Source: the human T2T-CHM13v2.0 reference genome, Homo sapiens
Length of the DNA stretch: 64,000 nt
Assembly: GCF_009914755.1 (NCBI RefSeq)
Contig: NC_060930.1
Direction: 5' to 3' (one strand)
Part shown: positions 1 to 12,327 of the stretch, piece after piece
How the letters are laid out: each line of letters begins with the position of its first letter
How positions within the stretch are numbered: position 1 is the stretch's first letter
Position numbers and translations under genes: made by a program
The notes under the pieces: model-generated
Told to the model about the DNA's origin: nothing
Databases searched by the model: none
What the model saw: only the letters and a program-made list of their open reading frames with translations

Positions 1-119
1 CAGCACACTGATGGGTCTTGACTCTTTATCCAATTTGCCAGTCTGTGTCTTTTAATTGGAGCATTTAGTCCATTTACATTTAAAGTTAATATTGTTATGT
101 GTGAATTTGATCCTGTCAT
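1..119 (-). pseudogene. L1 ORF2 N-terminus (endonuclease), truncated by the window edge
   Basis: Reads MTGSNSHITILTLNVNGLNAPIKRHRLANWIKSQDPSVC from ATG at 119. Confidence 0.92.
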
Positions 120-179
120 GATGTTAGCTCGTTATTTTGCTCGTTAGTTGATGCAGTTTCTTCCTAGTCTCAATGGTCT

Positions 180-1177
180 TTACATTTTGGCAATGGCTGG
201 TACAGGTTGTTCCTTTCCATGTTTAGTGCTTCCTTCAGGAGCTCTTTTAGGGCAGGCCTGCTGGTCACAAAATCTCTCAGCATTTGCTTGTCTGTAAAGT
301 ATTTTATTTCTCCTTCACTTATGAAGCTTAGTTTGGCTGGATATGAAATTCTGGGTTGAAAATTCTTTTCTTTAAGAATGTTGAATATTGGCCCCCACTC
401 TCTTCTGGCTTGTAGAGTTTCTGCCAAGAGATCCGCTGTTAGTCTGATGGGCTTCCCTTTGTGGGTAACCCGACCTTTCTCTCTGGCTGCCCTTAACATT
501 TTTTCCTTCATTTCAACTGGTGAATCTGACAATTATGTGTCTTGGAGTTGCTCTTCTCGAGGAGTATCTTTGTGGCGTTCTCTGTATTTCCTGAATCTGA
601 ATGTTGGCCTGCCTTGCTAGATTGGGGAAGTTCTCCTGGATAATATCCTGCAGAGTGTTTTCCAACTTGGTTCCATTCTCCCCGTCACTTTCAGGTACAC
701 CAATCAGAAGTAGATTTGGTCTTTTCACATAGTCCCATATTTCTTGGAGGCTTTGCTTGTTTCTTTTTATTCTTTTTTCTCTAAACTTCCCTTCTCGCTT
801 CATTTCATTCACTTCATCTTCCATCACTGATACCCTTTCTTCCAGTTGATCGCATCAGCTCCTGAGGCTTCTGCATTCTTCACGTAGTTCTTGAGCCTTG
901 GTTTTCAGCTCCATCAGCTCCTTTAAGCACTTCTCAGTATTGGTTATTCTAGTTATACATTCTTCTAAACTTTTTTCAAAGTTTTCAACTTCTTTGCCTT
1001 TGGTTTGAATTTCCTCCCGTAGCTCGGAATAATTTGATCGTGTGAAGCCTTCTCTCAGCTCGTCAAAGTCATTCTCCGTCCAACTTTGTTGGCTCGTGAG
1101 GAACTGCGTTCCTTTGGAGGAGGAGAGGCGCTCTGCTTTTTAGAGTTTCCAGTTTTTCTGCTCTGTTTTTTCCCCAT
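180..1177 (-). pseudogene. L1 ORF1, frameshifted
   Basis: ORF track pieces 513-827 and 170-532 are ORF1p (RNKQSLQEIWDYVKRPNL, ARREWGPIFNILKEKNFQPRISYPAKLSF) in different frames. About a 2-nt deletion near 518 and a 10-nt deletion near 192 relative to the recalled consensus. Confidence 0.92.
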
Positions 1178-1479
1178 CTTTGTGGTTTTATCTACTTTTT
1201 GTCTTTGTTGATGGTGATGTACAGATGGGTTTTTGGTGTGGATGTCCTTTCTGTTTGTTAGTTTTCCTTCTAACAGACAGGACCGTAAGCTGCAGGTCTG
1301 TTGGAGTACCCGGCCGTGTGAGGTATCAGTCTGCCCCTGCTGGAGGCTGCCTCCCAGTTAGGCTGCTCGGGGGTCAGGGGTCAGGGACCCACTTGAGGAG
1401 GCAGTCTGCCTGTTCTCAGATCTCCAGCTGCGTGCTGGGAGAACCACTGCTCTCTTCAAAGCTGTCAGACAGGGACATT

Positions 1480-2410
<931 letters not shown>

Positions 2411-3496
2411 TAGAAAGTATGTTTTACCTTAAAAACAACATATATATAATCAATTTTTAAAACTTAAGTGATTATAATTTTTTTTCTTAAATATTGTAAT
2501 ATACATGCAAAGGCCTTTTATCAATTCAAGAGTAAGATGGGGTGAGGTGGTGAAATATTGGTGGGCTGGTAATTGGGAGACCTAGGTGATCGCACCCTCC
2601 TGGTAAGGACATCTCCTTGGGTCTGGGTTTCTCAGAAAGGGGTTTAGAAGGGGGAGTTAGACTAAATGGTGAGTATGAAAGTAGCTACCATTCATTGAAC
2701 ATCTGCATCTTTTAAAATGTGTCATCTTAATTAATGCACACATTTAGTACCTATCTATGCAATAGATAGTATTGCTCCTTTTATAAAGGTAGAAACTGAG
2801 AATCAGAGTTGTCACTTAAAGACACACAGCTTATAAGTAGCAAAGTGAGAATCTGAGGTTATGCTCTGTTTCCCCTCAAGCCATGAAGTCCTCTGATTCT
2901 ATCCCAAACTTGTTTAAACTAATTTAAATTATTTTTAAGGTTTTCTGCCCCAAACTTCAAGTTAGTTTCTTAAGTATTAAGATAATGTGGCATGTGAAAC
3001 TATAAAAAAGTGTATTATACTTTCATTAAAATATTTTGCCCATTTTATAATTCTCTGTCTTTTAAAGGAAATGCTTTCATTATTAATAAGGTTCCTGCTC
3101 GTTAACATTTTATGATTCTGGTCATTTTGTTTTGTCTTCTATTGAGGTGCTTATTTCTAAAATGTATGTTTGAAGATTAAGTGTTTCCCTCAAAGTAATT
3201 CTTATATTCTTTATATCTTAGTCTAATTTGCATGTACAATATATTAATAGGTAGTCAAGTATTCTGGAATAACTCCCTGAGCAAGAATTTTGCTAAAGAA
3301 GGGAAAATCATTCAAAAATGACTAGTCCTGACTCTCGGTGTAGGACCATCTGTACAGCCTCTCACATTGTGTGTTATTAATTTCAGGGGCTTACTATTCT
3401 TACACTTTGAGATGTAAATGACTCTCATGGAGTTGGGTAAACAGGCAGTCCTTTATCTTTGCTTCTTCCTTTTTCCATTGCACGCTTCCGTCACAG

Positions 3497-3517
3497 GAGG
3501 ATGGACAGAAGAAAAAG
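3497..3517 (+). other. SMIM8: SMIM8 21-nt 5'UTR micro-exon
   Basis: Long pyrimidine tract ...cttcttccttttttccattgcacgcttccgtcacag|GAGGATGGACAGAAGAAAAAG|gtaaag with strong acceptor and donor. Confidence 0.8.
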
Positions 3518-5195
3518 GTAAAGAACATTTTACCAGAGAGAAACAAATGAAGCAAATACCCCTTAGTTTAGACCTTTTTTACAGGCACCTGTGAAATGTT
3601 CTACTCTCCTCTATTTTTTTTTTTAAGAAAAGATAAATAACAGTTTCTTAATCATGCATGGAAAAGGGAACAAGAAGTGGGTGATGGAAAAATGAAGAAG
3701 AAATAAGAGTGGGGCAGATTGCACAGCCAGGGGTGCCTGATTAATTATTTTGCAGGTAGGCCCGCACACAAATTAATCACAAAATTACTTAGCCAAGAGC
3801 AGTGTAATGCCAGGTTCCCAGCATCCTTGCTAATCTATGTGTATGTATGTTTTATGTCATTACTGTTTTAACACAGTAAATGAGGTTTTTAAATGCAGCT
3901 TAAAAATAAATAGATCCTCAAAGTGATAATAACTAGAGATTGGTCAATATCATATGTAAGTAAATGAGTGACAGCTGCAGTGGAAACAAAAAGTAAGAGA
4001 AGAAGGTGGAGAAACTAGTGGGAAGACTAAGAAAGTTCTGATGGAAGTGTGCTGGACATTAACTGGTTTTGTCTTAGGTGAGTGGTAATGTCAGAGTAAG
4101 TTATTGCCATGCCTTGACTTTATGATTAGTTCTGCAGCTTTTAAAATTGAAACTTGTATTAGTTTTGTACTTGAAAACAGCTAGTCAACTTAAACTTCAG
4201 GATTAAAAGTTTACTTGTTAAAATACAGATTTGTTTTCCCCAAAACAATTTATACATGTGTGAAGAAATGACTAAGGTTTTGCATTCTACCTGTTTTATT
4301 TATTCCTGGCACATCTTGAATTTATTCGTCAGCCATACTTGTACAGCTCTGTGGGCTGGCATGTGAACAAATACAGAAGAATTTTCTCGTATGTAGAAAA
4401 GATTTTGTTTTTGTTTTTGTTGTTGTTTTTAAAATAGTTATATATAACAAATTCTTGGCTGCTAAGACCCTTTCTGGTCTCAGTAATCTGAATTTTTTTT
4501 AACAAAGTATAGATGGTTGTTAAAAAGTCTTAGTTTGATAGATGGTGTAAATAAGTTCATGGAATTTTGGGAGAATTGTTGTATCATCAGTGACTGTGGC
4601 TCATAAAGGAGAAGCAGCAATAAAACTGAGCTGTTTTATCCCACTTCTAATAAAAGAATGATAAATAATAGAAAATGTTACTCTCATACTTTCCAGAAAG
4701 TGTCAGTAACAGTGGAAATTGTGGTATATTAAATCTTTTAAAAATATACATGTGAGTTTCCAGTCAAAATATTCTGTCATTTCTAACAGAGTTTAACATA
4801 AACAGTGAATTATTAAGGTAAATGTGAGTGTCTGGGAGTTGCAATATAACAAATACTACCCTGATTATTTTATTGATTCATTATAAAGGAAATATAGGTT
4901 CTGCTAAGGAAAAAAGGAGATCAAGCAATCTTACAAATAAAATTAAGTCATCACAATTAGTGTTAGAATGCTATATAACTATATAGTTTTTTACAGACAT
5001 ATTTCATATAGGTTGAATTTCATAACACTCAGCATCACTGCATCCATTTAATTTTAAAATACTGACATTTTTGTTAGTTGTAACTAGTCTCTCTCTTTCT
5101 CTTTCTCCTCCTCTCCTCCCCCCCCATATATATATATATATAAATGACAGCAGATCCCTTCTGAATAGATTAATGCCCTCCCTGAGGGGATGATT

Positions 5196-5404
5196 AACTC
5201 ACTCCACACCTGAAGTCCAAAATTATATACAGTATATAATTTTATATACCCCAGGAGTGGAGTAATAATAATATATAATGTAAATTGTATATTACATTAT
5301 TGTTTAATATATAATTTATTATGTTAATAAATTACATATAATTAATATATAATTATATGTAACATAATTTTATATAATTTTGGACATCAGGTGTGGAGTG
5401 AGTT
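5196..5404. repeat. Inverted repeat, 34-bp arms (33/34 complementary) around an AT-rich spacer
   Basis: 5196-5229 AACTCACTCCACACCTGAAGTCCAAAATTATATA versus 5371-5404 TATATAATTTTGGACATCAGGTGTGGAGTGAGTT. Confidence 0.9.
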
Positions 5405-5860
5405 CATCCTCCTCAATTCCTGGCACATTATCATCCACACAAAGTATATGTAATAAACTATGCTCTGAGGACCCTTCTGTGCTCTGCAATATGAACTTCT
5501 ATACCCATCTTTTCCATCACCTTGTTTTTCTTCCCAATGAACAACTTTAATCTGTTTTCTATAGGCTATCTTTGTTTTAAATACACACAGCTGTTTTCCA
5601 ATAATAAATGGAAAAATGCTGTTTATGTCAGTTTCTGGTTACAATGACTTTTACCTTTGTATATTTGCTTTTTCAGGCCTTTGTAGTATTTTTATCTAAT
5701 GCCTCAGTTTCATGTAGTGGCACACTCTGAGGCTGAGATTCAGCCCTAATAACATGGCCATGGGCTATTTTCTTCCTAATGTTCCTTATAGGTTTGGCTG
5801 TTGACAGACTATAATACTGCTTCCACTTTAATGACTGCTTCATTTTGCATTTTCTTTTCC

Positions 5861-6291
5861 TATCTTAGCCCATTTGTGTTGCTATAAAGGAATACTGAGG
5901 CTGGGCAATTTATGAAGAAAAGAAGTTTATTTGGTTCATGGTTCTGCAGGCTGTACAGGAAGCATGGTGTCAGCCTCTGTTTCTGGTGAAGGGCTCAGGT
6001 TGCCTCCACTCATGGTGGAAGGTGATGGTGATCTGGCATGTGCAGAGATCACATGGTAAGAGAGGAAGCAAGAAAGAGAGGGGAGGTGCTAGGCTCTTTT
6101 TAACAACCAGCTCTCCAGGGGACTAATAGAGTGAGAACTCACTTGCTCCCCACGCTCCCCGAGGAAGGGTATTAATCTATTCATGAGGGATCCACCCCCA
6201 TGACCCAAACACCTCCCACTAGGCCTCACCTCCGACATTGGAGGTCAGATTTCAACGTGAGGTTTGGGAGACAAATACCCAAACTATAGCA
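5861..6291 (-). mobile_element. MaLR solo LTR (MST family)
   Basis: tatcttagcccatttgtgttgctataaaggaatactgaggctggg ... ccaaactatagca; typical MST reverse complement. Confidence 0.88.
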
Positions 6292-6724
6292 CCCACGTTT
6301 ATAGTCAAACAAGTTTTTAGCACAGGGAGAAACATCACTGACACCTGTTATAGGCACCTGGTGGCCAACATTTGTTACTTAAATTCTAAATACCTTTATA
6401 AACACCATCGTGGCTAAGAGAAGAAAAATGAAACACCAGCAGTTCTCATTAGAAGAAAAAAATGGTAGTAGCGGAAGCAGTAGATTGCTGCCACAACAAA
6501 GGAGAAATAGCAAAGGAATTTAACACCACTACCCCAACATTGTTCACATTTTTGAAAGATTGAGCCAAGATTGAAGAGAAAGTTTAAAAAGGGATTCTGG
6601 GACTAAAGCAAAAGTGAATGTGAGGTCCCTTTTATCACTGTTTTTGCATGATATCAGGTTCATGCAAGAAATGGGCATGTAACTGTGCTGTAGAAAGCAT
6701 TGGATTTTTGCCAACCTTAGGAAT

Positions 6725-7141
6725 TGCGTTAGTCTCTTCTTGCGTCATTATAAAGAAGTACCTGATGCTAGGTAATTTATAAAGCAAAGAGGTTTAATTG
6801 GCTCACGGTTCAGCAGGCTGTACAGGAAGCATGGTGCCAGCATCTGCCCCTGGTGAGGGCTTCAGGAAGCTTTCAGTTGTGGTGGAAGATTAAGTGGAAG
6901 CAGGCATGTCACATGGTGAGACAGGAAGCAAGAGGGAGGGGAAGAAGTGTCACACTTAAACAACCAGATCTCACATGAACTCATAGAGTAAGAACTCGCT
7001 CATTACTACAAGGATGGCACCAAGCCATTCATGAGGGATCTGCTCCCATGATCCAAATGCCTCCCACCAGGCTCCACCTTCAACACTGGGGATTACAATT
7101 CAGCTTGAGATTTAGAGGGGACAAACATCCAGAGCTTATCA
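6725..7141 (-). mobile_element. MaLR solo LTR (MSTB-like) inserted in the TIGD6-like ORF
   Basis: TG...CA ends; flanks GGAAT (6720-6724) and GGCAT (7142-7146) form a degenerate 5-bp TSD. Confidence 0.9.
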
Positions 7142-7319
7142 GGCATGGTGAGTTTCAAGCAAGTGCGGGCTGCCCGAACAAACTTTGGGCATATTCTGGA
7201 ATTGTTTCACAAGTTGCCTGTAGTGAAGAAAACACTGTTTCAGTAGAGAAAATTATTAACTTACATGCAGGAGAAATTTAAAAACAAGAACAAAAATTGC
7301 TGGTTACAGCTTCAGTGGC

Positions 7320-7484
7320 TTGTTTGTTTGTTTGTTTGTTTGTTTTTGGATACAGGGTCCAGCTGTATCCAAACAGGATACAGCCTGTTGCCCAGGCTGG
7401 TCTCAGACTCCTGGGTTCAAGCAGTCCTTCTACCTCTTCCTCCCAAAATAGTGGGATTACAGGTGTGAGCCACCCCGCCCAGCC
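7320..7484 (-). mobile_element. Alu monomer (FLAM-like) inserted in the TIGD6-like ORF
   Basis: (TTTG)n tail followed by a reverse left-monomer sequence. Confidence 0.85.
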
Positions 7485-8591
7485 TGAATGGTGTTTTAAG
7501 TGCTGATGAAACAGGTGTTCTTGTTACCTTATCATATGCTTCATGCCAAAGGTAGACTTTGCAAAGGAAATAAACAGATTGATGATTGGTGTTTCTACTG
7601 TAATGCATTTTGGAACAATTGTCTTTGGCAAGTCAGCTAACTCTCAGTGCTTCAGAAATGTTCCTCCGTGATTACCAAGCCAATACACATGCCTGAATAA
7701 TGAGAGATGTGTTACTGAATGGCTGATAAAGATTGACAAGGGAATGCAAGGAGCAATACACAGTATGCTCTTGCCAGTAGACAGTTGGTCTGCCCACAAC
7801 ATACTCCCACACTTGGATCATGTAGGGGTTGAGTTTTTCCCATTGAACTACACAGCCATTCTGCAGCCATTGGATCAGGGTACAGTTGGCACAGTGACAG
7901 CTCACTTCTGAAAGCAGTTGGAACAACTCTTTCTAAATGTAGAGCATGAAGAGAAAAATGGAGAAAAGCAACATGAGTAAGCCATTGACATGATTGCAGA
8001 GACTTGGTGATCTATAAAGTTATCTGTAATCATGAAATGTTAGCAAAACACAGGCATGATTCCTGTGGAATCCCCTGAGGTCCTCCTGTAAGAAGACTGC
8101 AACTAAATGTGGTATTTGAACCAATCTAGCACTCAACTGCTGCTGTCATTGATGTCTCAAACCAGTTTAATTTTGAAGACTGTGTGGCTACAGATAGCAA
8201 TTTAACTATTTCCCAAGTTACCAAATCCTGAAGTTGCTACAGGAGTGCTAACTGATGTAAAAATTGAACCAGAAAGCCGTGGTGATAGCGATGAAGAAGG
8301 CAACAATGATAATCATGATATGCATGAGGAATAAGTGATGGAACCAGCAACAGTGAACATTTCTGAAGCCTTTGCAAGTATAGAAAGTGCTTAGAACGTT
8401 CCTTTTTCTTCAAGCAGATGTTCCTCTTGAGGTGCATACCCAATTAAATGATATAGATGAACATTCAGCGACTACTGCAACACAAAGTATTTTGAAAAGC
8501 CAAGTTCCTAGTTTTCTCCTTAACTACGAAGTTGTGAAAATATTGATTTTATAAAGTCTATAAAATAGTAAGCTTAATGAATACTTATACT

Positions 8592-8910
8592 GGCCAGGTG
8601 TGGTATAAGTATACAGGCATGGGATCATGCCTGTAATCCCAGCACTTTGGGAGGCAGAAGCAGGTTTGCTTTGTTGCCAGGAGTTTGAGACCAGCCTGGG
8701 CAACATGGCGAGACCCCGTCCCTACCAAAAAAAAAAAAAAAAAGCCAGGTGTGGTGCATGCCTGTAGTCCTAGCTACCTGGGAGGTTGAGGTGGGAGGAT
8801 CACTTGAGCCCAGGTGTTTGAGGCTGCAGGCTGCAGTGAGCTATGATCACGCCACTGCACGTGCATTCCAGTCTAGGCAATCGAGTAAGAAGACTGTCTC
8901 AAAAAAAAAA
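8592..8910 (+). mobile_element. AluJ-like
   Basis: Dimeric Alu with A-rich linker and tail. Confidence 0.9.
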
Positions 8911-9904
8911 TACTTGTGCAAACAAAGCCCCAATGTGTGTTTAAGTATGAATGTTTGGCTCTTAACTTTTATTTTATAACATTTACTGTACAGTGATTGC
9001 AGCATTTCCCCCAAATAATTTTACTATATTGTCATTTATGTCCATCTTTGGAAGCTTTCTTTCTCTACCTCCCCTCTTTCAACCCTCACCTCCCATCCCA
9101 GCATTAGATGGCAGAGATGATAAAATAAGCTTTTGCCTAATAATACCTAGAAGAGAAAAATACTCCCAAAGTGCTGACATTTCAGCTAGGAAAACAAGAA
9201 GACAAAAGACACACTTGGATTTAATAGGATAGATTTACAGTAGCTAAGATAAAAAAGGATATTCAGATTAAGGAGATAGCAGGGCATAACCTACCCAGAA
9301 AGTTGCTGATTGGCAATGGAAGAGTAAGTACAAACAGCTCCTTATCCTTACTGCTTGGGAAAATGAGTTCGTGTGTGGGCTAGTGGAGGAAGACAGAGGA
9401 GCAGTGGGGGAAACTGGCCAGGAGTGAATCTGTAGGAGAAGATAATGAGCAAAGGAATGCTGGTCATTCTCTCAGGTTGGTGTTATGGAGGGGCTGTTGA
9501 AAGGTGAGGAGGAGTGAAAGCAAGGAACTAAAGAAAGGAACGGATAACCTACTGGCCTCACCTACTCATAGTCTTGGTTGCATATGATACGACGTGACTC
9601 AGACCAACAAACAATTCTCCAGTCTTCTATAAAAGCAGGAAAACAACCTTTGCCCACCACTTTTATTTTGAGATGAAAATTAAAATAATGAACAAAATTA
9701 ACAAATTAAAGTTAAAGCACCATTTACAAAGTACATTATACAAAGTAATAAGATAACTGACAATCACATTTGGTATGTATCTGGGTTGGAATTCAAAGAA
9801 GGAATTTAAGAATTACTTTTTAAAGAAATTTATCAGAGAAGCACAATTATGAAGGGAAAAAATATATTATTTTGTTTTTAGATAATAAATCATCATTGAT
9901 CAAG

Positions 9905-10039
9905 ATGTCTTCAGCACCTGAGCCTCCAACATTCAAAAAGGAACCACCCAAAGAAAAAGAGTTTCAAAGCCCAGGGCTCAGAGGGGTGCGCACAACAACC
10001 TTATTTCGTGCTGTGAATCCAGAGCTCTTCATTAAACCT
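9905..10039 (+). CDS. SMIM8: SMIM8 first coding exon (exon 9882-10039; aa 1-45)
   Basis: tttgtttttag|ATAATAAATC...AAGATGTCT; [45 protein letters not shown]; donor CCT|gtaaga, phase 0. Confidence 0.97.
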
Positions 10040-10517
10040 GTAAGAAATACATCCAGGATAAGACTTTGTGTTTAATCCAACCAGACTGTCAGAAAGTTCT
10101 AATTTTCTTGTATTTGATTTTATCATGGAAATTTTATGTTGACAAGTAAGACCTCTCTGTGAATAAAAGCAGGTGGAAGGACGATTGTAAATGCTGTTTC
10201 ACATATAAATACACATATAAAAGTAAATATTTTAAGGGCATTTGAGAGTTATAATGAAAAATGGTTGCCCTTTATTGGATTGGCTTCTCAAACTATCTAA
10301 AGTACTATTTTAATAGTTGCATTAATTTGAAGACAACTTTTGTTGTTTGATCAGGTACTATTAGGTAAATAAGACCTTCCATTTAAGCAAGGAAACCAAA
10401 ATGAAAATCTGACCATTCTTAACATACTGCAATTCTACCCTGTAGGTAATATTTTTATCTAAGCAATATTACAGATACTTTGTGAAAAATTCCAAAACAT
10501 TTGATTTGATGATATTC

Positions 10518-10800
10518 ATTTATTTATTAGAGGTTCTGTCACCTAGGCTGTAGTGCAGTGGTACAGTCAGCTCACTGCAGCTTCAAACCCCTGGGCTCAA
10601 GGGATCCTTGTACCTCAGCCTCCTGAGTGGCTGGGACTACAGGTGCACGCCTTTATGCCTGGCTCATTTTTAAAATTTTTTGTAGAGATGGTGTGTCAGT
10701 ATATTGCCCAAACTGGTTTTGAACTCCTGGCCTTAAGCGATTCTCCCACCTCAGCCTCCCAAATTGTTGTGATTACAGGCATGAGCCACCACGCCTGGCT
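10518..10800 (-). mobile_element. AluJ-like
   Basis: Reverse, diverged Alu sequence. Confidence 0.88.
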
Positions 10801-11122
10801 GAGTTTATTTTTAAATAAATGTAGATTCTATTTTAAAATAAATGTAAAATCAAATTAAAATAAAATATGATAAATATTTAAGTGTGTTGAATCTGATTAG
10901 AATTTTAGTAACATAGTTATCAATGTAAACTTTTAAAGTTAAATAGATCAACTTAATCAGATCATTAAATCAAGGTAAAATATTTTAAAAGCTTTGAACT
11001 AATGTGTTCTTTTAATTGCTAAAAGCATTTCAAGAATTGTAAATTTAAACTGCTCTGAGTCTGTGTCCTTTCTTAGGTGTTCATCTAAGTGAAAAAGTTT
11101 GACCCTTATTTTGAAATAGAAG

Positions 11123-11578
11123 TGTCACCTAAAGGAAGAAACTGAGGCAAATTAATATAGGTAGGGAGTTTATTTGGGCCAAGGTTGAGGACTGCAGCCT
11201 GGGAAACACTTCAGAGTAACCTTGGGAAGCACTCTGGAGAGCAAAAGAGAGGCTGGAGTTTTTAAGAAAAAAGATGAATCAGGAGAGGGGGCAAGTACAA
11301 AAGTTGCTTTTCAGTAATTTTCATTGGTTTGCAGAAATGACATTGATTAGTAATTATACATTGTTGAACTACAGAGTATGAGTTATAATGTCTAGTGGAG
11401 GGCATTGTAAGGTTAATATATAGCTATTGGTTGTGTCAGTCCAGAGCCCACATAACAAGGGCTTCAAAATTATTACTTAGCTCAAGACATGACTACTGTC
11501 TCATTCCAATGCCTCTCTGGGCCTGATAATTTAAAGGGGGCTCACATTCCACAGTTAAAGAGTTTCTTTTATTTCTCA
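11123..11578 (-). mobile_element. ERV1 (MER4-group) solo LTR
   Basis: TG...CA ends; ggaagaaactgaggcaaattaatataggtagggagtttatttgggccaaggttgaggactgcagcc is typical of MER4-group LTRs. Subfamily uncertain. Confidence 0.7.
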
Positions 11579-11802
11579 GTAGTGGTACAGCAGGTATGGT
11601 GACAGAAGCAGAAACTGTTATTTATATCACTACTGTGCATTTACATTGACCTAAGAAAGACCAACTCGTTGAGTGTGAACATGCAAAGAAAAGGGTCTGA
11701 GGTACAGTTTCAGGAGTAACAAAGTTAATAGACAAAATACTTTTCTGGAGTTGTGAACATCTTTCCTGTATTTAATAGCTTTTTTTTTTTTTTTTTTTTT
11801 TT

Positions 11803-12327
<525 letters not shown>

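Larger units (their letters stand above)
6410..8554 (+). pseudogene. Decayed full-length TIGD6-like pogo/Tigger transposase ORF (CENP-B HTH + DDE_1), interrupted by an MST LTR and an Alu monomer
   Basis: Manual translation gives [89 protein letters not shown]. These are collinear with human TIGD6 as recalled. Many stops and frameshifts. Confidence 0.9.

Noticed and set aside
170-827. ORF-track proteins 170-532 and 513-827 as genes
   Set aside because: They are frameshifted halves of L1 ORF1; the element cannot make intact ORF1p.
7048-7281. 77-aa ORF as a real gene
   Set aside because: Chimera of MST LTR sequence and a fragment of the transposase fossil.
6300-8590. Terminal inverted repeats, TA TSDs or a poly-A tail around the TIGD6-like ORF
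   Set aside because: None recognisable by eye; they could have decayed, so absence is weak evidence.
9872-9904. ORF-track start at 9872 for SMIM8
   Set aside because: The TTG lies in the intron pyrimidine tract; the exon starts at 9882 and the ATG is at 9905.
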